DNA of 64,000 nucleotides, from NCBI GenBank assembly GCA_030390025.1, contig CM059432.1:42100001-42164000 (forward strand), read 5' to 3'. Shown here piece by piece: positions 1 through 10,804 of the stretch; position 1 is the stretch's first letter, and every line of letters starts with the position of its first letter. The notes under the pieces are model-generated. The model was not told the origin of the DNA, did no database searches, and saw only the letters and a program-made list of their open reading frames with translations. The DNA is from Squalus acanthias. Its lineage: Eukaryota. Position numbers and translations under genes: made by a program.

Positions 1-125
1 CCGGATATTATGAGGGTTCGGATAATTTCCCTAGAATTCTGCAACTCCTCACCAAAGAGCGTACAGAGATTGAGTTCGCGAGTTTGATACAGAAGTATTA
101 TGTGAGATAATTCTAAAAATATATA

Positions 126-868
126 GGGCCGAAAATTGATCCCGGGACGCGAGAGTACGCACTGCGTACTCTCGCGTATTCCCACTCCAATTGCCGGTTT
201 TCTGCATGCCCTGCGCATGCGCTGAAAACCGGCAATTGCTCTTCTGAAAAGGGGGCGGGTCCTGGGTGCATCGCATGCGCGCTACAGGCTGCGCGCACGC
301 TGTGCACTTCATGCTTTGGACGCGCAGGTAAGTACGGAAGATTTTGGAAATGTAAAAAGGAGGAGTAAGACCCGCTTTTAAGAAGGTAAGTAGTGAATTA
401 AGTATTTTTTTGAATTTTTTTTTACAGGTATATCTTTTTTAGAGACTTTAAAGACAGGTAAGTTTATTTTTATAACTTTTTAAAAGATTTTAAATTTTTT
501 CAAAAATTTTATTTTTTATTTAAAATGGTTAATTTAATTAACTATACTTATTTTATTAATGTGATGGTTTTTTTTTAAATTTAATTGAGGTTTAGCTGTT
601 ATTTTGGGGGGGTGTAAGATTCATAGATTTCACAGCCGTGCTGTGAAACTTATGAATGGAAGATGGTGTGCTGCCATTGGCTCTAACTGAGTCACGTGAT
701 CCCACAGCTCGCACAAATTCACTACGCCGCTGGGATACGCAAGCACTGCCCAGCTGATCTCTAGAACATGAAGTTCGTGCGAGCTGGATCTGAAAAAGCA
801 CAAGCGAGGTGAGAGATCGCGGGAAAGCCTTACCCCCGCGGGAACAGAGCGAGATCAATTTCTGGGCC
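126..868 (+). mobile_element. Non-autonomous Harbinger-type MITE, copy 1
   Basis: Imperfect TIRs GGGCCGAAAATTGATC / GATCAATTTCTGGGCC. ATA TSD (123-125, 869-871) confirmed against the empty site in the LTR paralogue near 27710. A near-identical inverted copy lies at 48176-48919. Confidence 0.9.
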
Positions 869-1364
869 ATAGATTTATTAAAGAACCGACATGTAATTAC
901 AGTAGGTGTTTCAATCGCAACATTAACAGTTCCAAAAGAGAAAGCTTACAATTCTTATTATCAGATCTTAACTTCGCTACATTTTTACAGTTTTTAGTCT
1001 TATTCAGAATATCCACCAAAATCAAATACAGTACCATTGATCCCCGAGACACAAAGGGGTAAAAATTCACTTGGTTGCGCCTCCCGTTAGCGCCTTAAGA
1101 GGGCGCTAATGGGGCGTTAAGCCGCTAACGCCCGGGCGCAGCGCTGTTTGCGCCGCTCGAGAACTTAACTTGAGATTGTGCGGCGGCGCTAAAACTTACC
1201 GCTGCGACCACCTGCGCGCGCAGATTGTGACGTCATTCCATGGTGCAACGCCCTTGGGGCGCCCCGGAGCGGAAATTGAGTGGCGCCCCCTGCCTTACCG
1301 CCTGGCGCTTCCAACGACCGGAAGACTGGAACATTATCAATCGGTGTGGGGCTGGGGGGGGCGC

Positions 1365-1372
1365 TATTTAAA
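1365..1372 (+). promoter_or_regulatory. TATA-like box (TATTTAAA) upstream of the transposase
   Basis: Follows a GC-rich subterminal region and precedes a (GA)n tract and the ATG at 1568. Motif match only. Confidence 0.35.
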
Positions 1373-1425
1373 GGGGGCCTCTTCCTGTCTTTTTCTGTGG
1401 TCGACATTTATGCACCACTCGTTCT

Positions 1426-1462
1426 GAGAGAGAGAGAGAGATTCGGAGAGAGAGAGAGAGAG
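1426..1462 (+). repeat. Interrupted (GA)n microsatellite in the transposase 5' leader
   Basis: gagagagagagagag attcg gagagagagagagagaga. Confidence 0.85.
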
Positions 1463-1567
1463 ACTTCTACATTGACTCAACGCTTTGTGAGGTAGTTTTG
1501 CCTAGTTCATCCTAACTTTGTTGCTACTTTAGTTGCTGTACCTCATTACTTTTCTGGCAAAGAGAAT

Positions 1568-2728
1568 ATGGGGGCTGCAATGATTGGGGGCGTCGTCCTG
1601 CTCCAGCTGAATCGGAGGATACTGAGACGCAGACAGAGAGTGGCAATGATGGCCAGACGGAGGAGGGCCATCAGGCGCATGTACAGGAGAGCTTACCCTC
1701 CCAGGGTATATCGTGAACAGCTCTCCTACATCCATATGTCTGAGGAGCTGTGTTTGCGAAGGCTGCGATTCAGCAAGGAGGTGGTCACTGAGCTCTGCCA
1801 CCTGCTGCAGCCAGATCTGCAGCCTCAGCTGAGGTCCAGGACGTCTCTGTCGGTGGCAGTGAAGGTCACAGTGGCTTTGAACTTCTACGCCACTGGCTCA
1901 TTCCAAGCTGCTGTTGGGGACCTCGCCAATATCTCCCAGTTTGCAGTGCATCGCTGCATCCGGCAGGTCACCAATGCCCTCTTCAGAAGGAGACGAGACT
2001 TCATCTCTTTCCCTATGACCCCAGACAAGCAGCGTGACCGTGCTCTGGGCTTTGCGAGGGTGGCAGGCTTCCCCATGGTGCAGGGCGCCATTGACTGCAC
2101 GCATGTGGCTTTGCGTGCTCCGCGAGAGAATGCAGAGGAATTCAGGAACAGAAAGGGGTTCCATTCCTTGAATGTGCAGTTGGTCTGTGACCACAGACAG
2201 GTGATACTCGCTGTCAATGCCCACTATCCGGGCAGCTGCCATGATGCTTTCATCCTGCGCCAGACTACTGTGGCAGAGGTTTTCGAGGCACCGCATCAGC
2301 CAGTTGGTTGGCTTCTGGGGGACAAGGGGTACGCATTGAGCACCTGGCTGATGACACCGCTCCGTACGCCAAACACCCGTGCTGAGCTGCGGTACAATGA
2401 AAGCCATCAAGCAACCAGGAACATTATTGAGCGCACAATCGGCGTGCTGAAACAACGGTTCCGCTGTCTGGACCATTCCGGAGGAGCCCTGCAGTACTCG
2501 CCTGAGCAAGTTTCGAACTTCGTAGTCGTGTGCTGCATGTTGCACAACATGGCAATCCTCAGGACCCAGCCAATGCCACCAGGCCTTGGAGCACCACCAG
2601 AGGAGGAGGAGGAAGAGGAGGAAGAGGACGAGGACGATGATCATCAGCAGCACCAAGGCAGGAGGGCGGCCCACAATGGTCAAACTGCAAGGGCCGTCCG
2701 TCAACGACTAATAGCAAGCCGCTTCTAG
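1568..2728 (+). CDS. Harbinger DDE transposase (HARBI1-like family), 386 aa, intact
   Basis: Open ORF with GAIDCTH, NRKGFHSLNVQLVCD, PGSCHD, LGDKGY, RNIIERTIGVLKQRFRCL and CCMLHN motifs. Arg-rich N-terminus and acidic C-terminal tract. It lies between TIRs, so it is a transposon copy rather than the domesticated host gene. Confidence 0.95.
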   Translation: MGAAMIGGVVLLQLNRRILRRRQRVAMMARRRRAIRRMYRRAYPPRVYREQLSYIHMSEELCLRRLRFSKEVVTELCHLLQPDLQPQLRSRTSLSVAVKVTVALNFYATGSFQAAVGDLANISQFAVHRCIRQVTNALFRRRRDFISFPMTPDKQRDRALGFARVAGFPMVQGAIDCTHVALRAPRENAEEFRNRKGFHSLNVQLVCDHRQVILAVNAHYPGSCHDAFILRQTTVAEVFEAPHQPVGWLLGDKGYALSTWLMTPLRTPNTRAELRYNESHQATRNIIERTIGVLKQRFRCLDHSGGALQYSPEQVSNFVVVCCMLHNMAILRTQPMPPGLGAPPEEEEEEEEEDEDDDHQQHQGRRAAHNGQTARAVRQRLIASRF

Positions 2729-3022
2729 GGCCCCTGCCATTGCTACAAACACTAATCAACCCAGCACGCAACCCCTAAGCCGGCCAAGGCACCAATAATT
2801 CCAACCACCAGCCATGTATATTTTGAATACAGAAACTTATTTATTTTACAAACTCTGTGTGTGTCAATTCCTCATGACAAACTCATAGAAATAAACACAA
2901 AAAAACAGTCAATAACATAACTGGTTCTCACAACCTGGAGATAATGTCCAAAACACTAAACAAAAGATGGACCATGAACCTCGGCCTTTAATAAAAAAAT
3001 GACCAGCATTTTGTCACACCTC

Positions 3023-4844
3023 CTACTTTTTGCCCTTCGAGGGTGATCTCCTTCCCTTGCGCACTTCCCCCCTTCTAACCCTACTGCTCCTCCGTAATGG
3101 GACCTCAGTGGCTGCAGCAAGGCTGGTGGAAGGCTGCTGCTCGTCAGACCCTGACACTGCAGATGCCCCTGAAGGACGGCCTCGACCACTTCTGGGCCTG
3201 GAGGGCCCGGCTGCAGACTGCACCAACTCTGCATGGGCGGCAGCAGTCTGTCCTACAGGCGGTGGCAAGTGCAGTGGAGAAGTGACAGTGTTGGCAGCAG
3301 GAATGCTGTCATCGTGAGAGAGGCCAGCAACTCCCTGCTCGCCCGACACACTGGCACTCCCACGGGGCAGCACTTCAGCATCCGGAGCAATTTGCCGGAG
3401 AACAGATTGCTGGCCTGCTGCGGCGCGGTGACAGCCCCGGGGACATGTGCACGAACCATCGAGGTTGGCAGCAGTCTGTGCTCGCGTGGCCTCCATCTGA
3501 GTCTGTATGAGAGCAGTCAGAGGTGGGATCACGGCAGCCAGTGACTGAATTGCAGCACTAAGCGTTAGTTTGGCATCCGCCTGTGCTACAGCGAAGTGCT
3601 CCACACTCCTTGCCAGTGACTCAATGCAATCGGGCACCCTTCCCACTGCACCCATGAGCTCAGTGTGCATGCCCACCACCTGGGTGTTCATTTCTGCAAT
3701 CAGCCGCTCCTCCTCTGCGTCCATTGCAGTAGGAGTGTCTGGCATACTCTCCCTCTGGGGAGAAGGCCCCCGTTCTTCCCTACCCCCCCATGGCGTTGCT
3801 GCAGCCCGCTGGGCCCTGGAGCTTCACCATCATCAGCCCCTTCCCCCCTGCTCCCCTCCGGGGAAGGCGTGTTCCCAGTGTGGGCATGGGCTTCCTCGGG
3901 AGAGGGTGGCACTGATGCTCCGGCTTCCTCTTCCTCCTCAGCTGCAGCATCACTCCCAGTGGCAGCTTCAGGGCCCGTCTCCTCAGCTGGTGAATCACCA
4001 TCTGAAAGCAGGGAGGTACAAGAGTGGCTTTAGCGTGAGGACAGGGTGGCAGTAAGGGAGGAATAAGTGCAGCGAGTTAGCAAGTTGGATTGAAAGTGTC
4101 AAAGGCTGGTATTGTGAGGGACAAGTGGAAGGAAAGAGGACAAAAAGGTGATGACCTTACCATTGCTGTCCACAACGGGGTCGGCGTCTCCAGTGGCGAC
4201 GGGACCGATCACCCGGCTTGCCACAATCCTGTGGACGCGCTCCTCCAGATCGCTGAGGGGTTGCAGCTGAAGCCGCCCTCCACCCGTCCGTTGCTGCTGT
4301 CTCCGATTATGAGCCAGCTTAGCCTGCAAGAAAAAGGACAGCATCTGAGTAAATATACAGCCATGGTCTTGCCTGATGTGCCTCCCATAGGTGAATAGCC
4401 CTTACAATATACAGCCATGGTCTTGCCTGATGTGCCTCCCATAGGTGAATAGCCCTTACTGTATGCAAAGTGTGGAATGTGTGTGTGTGTTTGATGAAAG
4501 GGCCATAGGTGTTGGATGAGTGTTGTGCATTGGGGTTTTAAGACCCTCTGGCCATAGAGTGAGGTTGAGATGGAGGGATGGAGAGGTATTGAGAAAAAGC
4601 CACTCACCCTGACGACCCGAGTGAGGTCGTTGAACTTTTTGCGGCATTGAACATGGGTCCTGGGCACCATGCTCCTGGAGGAGACGCTCTGAGCCACCTC
4701 CCTCCACACTCTTCTGAACTCGCGTGGCAAAGGCCTCCTGCCACTCTCCGGGAACAGCATGCATCGTCTGCGCTCCACTGCGTCAACCAGAGCATCCAAG
4801 GCCCGCTCGGTGAAGCGATGAGCGGGTTCTCTCACCCTCTCCAT
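3023..4844 (-). CDS. Harbinger Myb/SANT-like (trihelix) partner gene, 3 exons (4844-4608, 4323-4161, 4001-3023), with one apparent frameshift
   Basis: Exon 1 encodes RFTERALDALVDAV...VWREVAQSV...QCRKKFNDL. Splice sites are canonical (AGG|gtgagt, ttgcag|GCT, ATG|gtaagg, tttcag|AT). The exon 3 frame stops at 3700 unless one G is added, most plausibly in the G7 run at 3783-3789; that gives 1380 nt / 459 aa ending at the TAG at 3023. Confidence 0.8.
4352..4459. repeat. Exact 54-bp tandem duplication in intron 1 of the Myb-like gene
   Basis: aatatacagccatggtcttgcctgatgtgcctcccataggtgaatagcccttac occurs at 4352-4405 and 4406-4459. Confidence 0.95.
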
Positions 4845-5906
4845 GCTTGGCAGCAAAATGGATTACAGGTCTCTCCAGGCTGAGATTCAAGGCTGCAATG
4901 AGCAGGGTGTGGCTGGGGAGCAAGTGGCCCCCCCCGCTTTAAGAAGTGTCCGGCGCCAGTGTGTCTGTGTTCCCTCGCTAACTGGCAGCAGCTGCGCTGC
5001 GCTCGTGCGCTGAGTTAGCGCCTCACTCCTTGGCCTTTGCGCCTTAAGAGAGGTGTGCAGCGCCTACTTTAGCGCTCCACTCACCTCCCGGGGCGGTAAA
5101 AGTGAAGTTTCCTGTCAGTGCCGATAATTAGCGCCAGGCGCTAATATTTGCGTCCGGACGATATTTGCGCCCCAAATGGGGCGCGACCTAATTTCTACCC
5201 CAAAGAGTTGTAGACTTACAGAGCCTGCCTCTGAAGCCTGAGAATCGCTTTGCCCCTTTACAGCGAATCTATCATCCCATTTGAAAGTTCAATATTTATA
5301 TCCTTTCTCAGGGGTATTTCCTTTGAAGTTTTCTGCTGATGTAAGCTATTCTTACAGTCACCTCAGCTGGTAGCAATGCAGACTCGTGTCTCTCCTTTAG
5401 GTGTTCGAAGCTTATCATAAAAAACGGTGTAACAGCAGGTTCATCTATTTGATGTCATCTTTACCAAGATCTTCTGTTTGTGTCTTTTTACGACATGTAA
5501 ATTAAAACACCTCAACCAGGATGATCTATGCAATTCTTAGTTACCTCAGCTGGTTGCAACACAGAATCGTGTCTCCTGTGTTTCATTTGATGTCATTTTT
5601 ACGAAGGCATATGTTTCTTAATTTTATGTGTTTCTTTCCAAAGTGTAATTTAGAACACCTTAACAGGATGTACCATTGTGTTCTTTCCAAAGCTTCAGAC
5701 CTCAGGAGCCTCCAACCTCCTGTTTCAATAAGGTTATTGATTCAGTGTCAACAACTTATCTTATCCCAATAGCCTGAATGCTGTTAACAATACAGCTTTT
5801 CAGAGCCAGGTTTCTAGATTTCCAGACCTAGTTTGTCATGTTTTAATAAAGCCAGAATTCTTTCATAGAATGGTGTATTTTTCTGAATATGGCTTATTCC
5901 TTCACA

Positions 5907-6308
5907 AGAGGATCGCCCTCCTCCTATCCACTGCCTGCACCAGAGCATCCAAGGGAGCATCAGAGTATATTGGTGCCCTCTTAGTACTTGCTGCAGCCAA
6001 ATTCTGTATTGAGAAGTGTTTCCCTTGTATATGCAGCCAGTATGCACCTCCTCTTTAAGATGTGGTGGTTGCCTTTAAGTGGCGTCCCTATTTGGGGGGG
6101 GGGGGGGGCTGCAAACATTAGGCCTCTGAGAGGCCTGATATTCAGCCCCCTAAACAGGCGTGCATGCAATGAATAGCACAGGTGGCACTGACTGCATACC
6201 TGAGTGATGGTAATAAGCAGGCAGCATGATTATTACGTGTTGCCTGAGACAACACTAACAGGCGTGTGCTGTGCCCACCCCAAAAACAGGCACGATCGTA
6301 TTTCTAGG
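5907..6308 (-). mobile_element. Older Harbinger fragment (Myb exon 1 start plus terminus), cut by the LTR
   Basis: The minus strand of about 5907-5998 reads AAASTKRAPIYSDAPLDALVQAVDRRRAIL, similar to the other Myb N-termini in the window. Ends in a TIR-like ATTTCTAGG. Confidence 0.65.
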
Positions 6309-8234
6309 TTGATGACTTTACCATGGAGCTCAGCCAGTACAGGTAAGTTAAGGACGTTAGACCTTCAGCAATGTAGCTCTGTAACCAGTTTTGATCCAGG
6401 AAGTGTGTAAGCAGCCTGGACTGATCTTCCTTCTGATTTTCCTCCCTTTGTCTCTGAGGAAGTCTCTGATCTCCACTTGGCACCAGGAGCATAAGACAAG
6501 ATCAGGAATATGGGAAATTACAGTTACCTTTGCATTATGCCATCTTTCTATCTCTATCTTATAGTATCATATATTACACATGTTTGTGAGCAAAACATAG
6601 ACTATATGTCAAATGTTGCAAAGACAATTTCAGTACTTGAAGGGTTAATGTCCCTGAGACCAACCAAACTTGGTACACGTCTCTCACTTACATGAACAGA
6701 ATGTAAAAAAATGCAGGAATACACTCACATAAAATAAATATATAATTTAAACCTCATGAGGTAAGTCTATTCAGCACATTCTCAAATGCCTTCTCTTTGA
6801 CATCAATGTGAACACCACTAAAATATTCATACACAAATACAAATTATTACAATAAATCAGATCAGGATCACGCTTTGATGTCCGAATAAAGTTGCCAAAT
6901 AAATTCAGCAGTTTTATTGTCTGAATAATTTGTATCACAACAACAACAAAAATCCAGTCCTTATAAAAGAAAAATTTGGGCAGTGAAAGGCATATAAAAG
7001 ATTTATTCCTTCCCTCACAAATAAAATTTATTCATTGCATCCACCAGCCATCACACAGATGGTCAGAAAATTGGCTTTGTGCATGGAGATGTGGATTCGG
7101 GCATGAATATTAATATGAAACAGATGTAAACGCATATTAATATGCATTTGTCTTACATGCCCTGACTGTAGAATTTACTTATTAAAGAAAGTCCACAGGA
7201 AAATTAGAAAGTATAAAACAATGGCCATTAAAAAAATAATAAATAAAAGATGGTGGGTTTTAGGATTCTAAGACTCAGCCACATGCTGCCAAAAGCATTA
7301 TATCTTTGTTCTGAAACTCACTGTTTGAAAGTGTAAAACATAAAGTCACAACATGAGCCTGAGAAATACACAGCCGTACCGAAAATTAAAAGCAGTTAGT
7401 AAAAAAAGTATTAAATCAAGAGCCATAAAATCAAAAGGTTTATGGCAGCCTTAACACAGTAGGACTGAATTATCATGTTAATTTAATTTCCATTCCCAAA
7501 TGAACCAGAAGGCACAATAAAGGTCAATTAACTAAGTACCTTCACGCTTTCATTTCTGTTTATTGCTTCACTTAAATCATAGGCAGACACCAAGAAGACA
7601 AACTTCTTCTGTTATCTAGTGAGCTTCTTGAAGAAGGAGAACCAAGGCCAAGCTTTCACGGTGAGTGGAAGAGATGAAAATTCAGGAGATGGCAGCCTGG
7701 CATAATTTTTTTCTCCCAGATTAAAAAAAGATATTGTTTAATATCTTGAGTTCTGAAGGTCCTTTGTAGCTTGAAGCAAACGCAACACATTTTTGATCAC
7801 AGAAATAAACATTTTCAAGATTATTGTTATCGTTATTGTCAAGTTAATAGTAACCAGATCGGCAATCATTTTAATTAAAAGTATTATATTTTCCAAAAGT
7901 GGTAAAGATTTAAGTTTAACCATTTTTTTAAATTTCACAGCTATTGTGAATGAATTGTGAAAAATAAATTAAAAATGACATATACCAAATAATTGGAAAA
8001 AAATAATTTTCTGCAACACAATCTATTGTATTCAGAAATAACTTTATTTTAGAAATAAATACAGCAAGGTTTATTCATGGAATGAATCATGAAACCAAAT
8101 TCTTTTAAAACGGATTGGTAACCAGGAAAGAAGGAAAGAGTCAGCTGCTGATAGATGTATCTGGTCCATTCATAGAATTGTAACATACAACAAATTTCAA
8201 ATTCATTGTTTTGTTTAAAATTCCAGATTGAATT

Positions 8235-10432
8235 ATAAAACGTCACAAGGCGCTTCATAGGAGAGTTATAAAACAAAATTTGACACCGAGACACATAAGG
8301 AGATATTAAGGCAGATGACCAAAAGCTTGGTCAAAGAGGTAGGTTTTAAGGAGCGTCTTAAAGGAGGAAAGAGAGGTAGAGAGACGGAGAGGTTTTGTGA
8401 GAGAATTCCAGAGATTATGGCCTTGGCAGCTAAAGGCACGGCCACCAATGGTTGAGCAATTAAAATCGGGGATGCTCAAAAGGCCAGAATTGGAGGAGTG
8501 CAGATATCTCGGAGGGTTGTGGGGCTGGAGTAGATTACAGAGATAGGGAGGGGCGAGGTCATGGAGTGATTTGAAAACAAGGATGAGAATTTTAAAATCC
8601 AGGCATTGCTTAACTAGGAGCCAATGTAGGTCAGCGAGCACAGGGGTGATGGCTGAATGGGACTTGGTGCGAGTTAGGACACGGGCAGCAGAGTTTTGGA
8701 TGACCTCAAGTTTACAGAGGGTAGAATGTGGGAGGCCGGCCAGAAGTGCATTGGAATAGTCAAGTCTAGAGGTAACAAAGGCTTGGATGAGGGTTTCAGC
8801 AGTAGATGAGCTGAAGCAGGGGCAGAGTCGGGTGAGGTTCTGGAAGTGGAAATAGGTGGTCTTAGTGATGGAGCGGATATGAGGTCGGAAGCTCATTTCG
8901 GGGTCAAATATGACACCAAGGTCAGCCTCAGACAATTGGCGGGGAGAGGGATGGAGTCGGTGGCTAGGGAATGGAGATTGTGGCAGGGGCCGAAGACAAT
9001 GGCTTCGGTCTTCCCAATATTTAATTGGAGGAAATTTCTGCACATCCAGCACTGGATGTCGGACAAGCAGTCTGACAATTTAGAGACATTGGAGGGGTCG
9101 AGCGAGGTGGTGGTGAGGTAGAGCTGGGTGTCACCAGCTTACATGTGGAAACTAACTCTGTGTTTTTGGATAATGTCACCAAGAGGCAGCATGTAGATGA
9201 GAAATAGGAGGGGGCCAAGAATAGATCCTTGGGGGACACCAGAGGTAACGATGTGGGAGTGGGAAAAGAAGCCATTGTAGGTGATTCTCTGGCTACGATT
9301 AGATAGATAAGAATGGAACCAGGCGAGTGCAGTCCACCCAGCTGGACGACGGTGGAGAGGCATTGGAGGAGGATGGAGTAGTCAACCGTGTCAAAGGCTG
9401 CAGACAAGTCGACAAGGACAAGCAGGGATAGTTTACCTTTGTCACAGTCACATAGGATGTCATTTGTGACTTTGTTAAGAGCCGTTTCAGTACTGTGGCA
9501 GGGCGGAAACCTGATTGGAGAGATTCAAACATAGAGTTCCGGGAAAGATGGTCACAGATTTGGGAGGCGACAATACGTTTAAGGTCTTTGGAGAGGAAAG
9601 GGAGGTTGGAGATGGGCGGTAGTTTGCAAGAACAGAGGGTCAAGGGTTGGTTTTTTGAGGAGAGGGTGATGACAGCAGATTTGAAGGAGAGGGGGACAGT
9701 ACCTGAGGAGGAAGAATCATTAACAATGTCAGCTAACATGGGAGCCAGAAAAGGAAGTTGGGTGGTCAAAAGTTTAGTAGGAATAGGATTGAGGGAGCAG
9801 GAAGTAGGTCTCATGGACAAGATGAGCTTGGAGAGGGCATGAGGGGAGATCGGAGAGAAACTGGAGAAAGTTGCATGTTCAGGGCAAGGGCAGGGGGAGC
9901 CTTAGGGGAAGTTTGGCCCGGTGGGCTAGTGGAAGGAAGAGAAGTAGCAGAGGCAACTGATCGGATGGTGTTAATCCTGGTGACAAAGAAGTCCATGAGC
10001 TCCTCGTTGTTGGAGGTGAGGGTGGAGAAGACTTGGGAGAAGGGTTTAAGAAGATGGTTTGCAGTAGAGAAAAGAAGCCGGGGGTTATCTCTGCATTCCA
10101 GAATGATCCTGGAATAGTGAGCAGTTTTGGCAGACGAGAGCAGGACCCAACAGTGCTTTATGTGGTTCAGCCAGATCTGGCGGTGAATGGCTAAGCCAGT
10201 TGTCCGCTATATTCGTTGAAGTCTGCATTCCTTGGACTTAAGTGAGCGGTGATACGGGCCGTGCCAGGGGGAATGACCCGGGTGAGAGAGAGTAATGGTT
10301 TTAATGGGGACTAGGGCATCAAAGGTGGTGGTGAGGGTGTTGTTGAGCAGATCGGTAGCTGCAGAAATGTAGTGGTGAATGGAGGGCCAAAGGTCAGACA
10401 GTTTGGATTTTGAAAGTGCAGTTGTAAGTGAG
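8235..10432 (-). mobile_element. L2-clade LINE, 5'-truncated, frameshifted ORF2
   Basis: RT and C-terminal fragments [46 protein letters not shown] and FKTLLKTYLF in several frames. Confidence 0.9.
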
Positions 10433-10804
10433 CACATTTAAAAGGAAATGGTACAGGCTAAATTAAAGGGGTTAAAGATGGAAAAAACATCAGGGTCAAC
10501 TATAATTTTCCTTGGGTACTAAGGCTGATGTTGTTAGTGTTGCTCTGGTAAATATTTCTAATAATTTAATGAGAATCGGGGCACCACATACACCTTTCTC
10601 CAGATGTTTGGAGGTAGTGCTGCCCTTATTAAAAATGGATTGAAATGGCAACATGGTAAATGTTTCTCCTCCTCTTCCCTTCCCTCCCCTCCCAAAGGTA
10701 TTGCCTTCTTGTTTGGGTACAGTTCCACAAATGCCAGTTGCCTACGTGGCCATTATTCATGTGTGTCACAACAGGGAGTGTAAGCAGGCTATTAAACCTT
10801 AGAG

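Larger units (their letters stand above)
1056..5201 (+). mobile_element. Full-length PIF/Harbinger DNA transposon (4146 bp) with two convergent genes
   Basis: TIRs GGGGTAAAAATT / AATTTCTACCCC. AAA TSD at 1053-1055 and 5202-5204. The empty site (GAGACTC AAA GAGTTGTAG, reverse complement near 27500-27520) is present in the LTR paralogue. Contains a transposase and a Myb-like gene. Confidence 0.95.
1..5906 (-). mobile_element. Solo LTR (family A), interrupted by a MITE (126-868) and a Harbinger transposon (1056-5201)
   Basis: Segments 1-125, 869-1055 and 5202-5906 join into a sequence collinear with the reverse complement of 26531-27834. The minus strand starts TGTGAAGGAATAAGCC at 5906 and has a TATA-like box near 5300 and AATAAA at 875-880. 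The window begins about 2 nt inside the LTR 3' end. Confidence 0.8.

Noticed and set aside
49..312. Small ORFs repeated at 48670-49038
   Set aside because: They are shared only because the MITE is duplicated, and they run out into unrelated flanks.
1568..2728. Host HARBI1 gene
   Set aside because: It is enclosed by TIRs and a TSD with a Myb partner, and paralogues occur in the window, so it is a transposon copy.
6304..6492. 62-aa ORF (…LLTHFLDQNWLQSYIAEG…)
   Set aside because: No recognisable family and no supporting splice structure.
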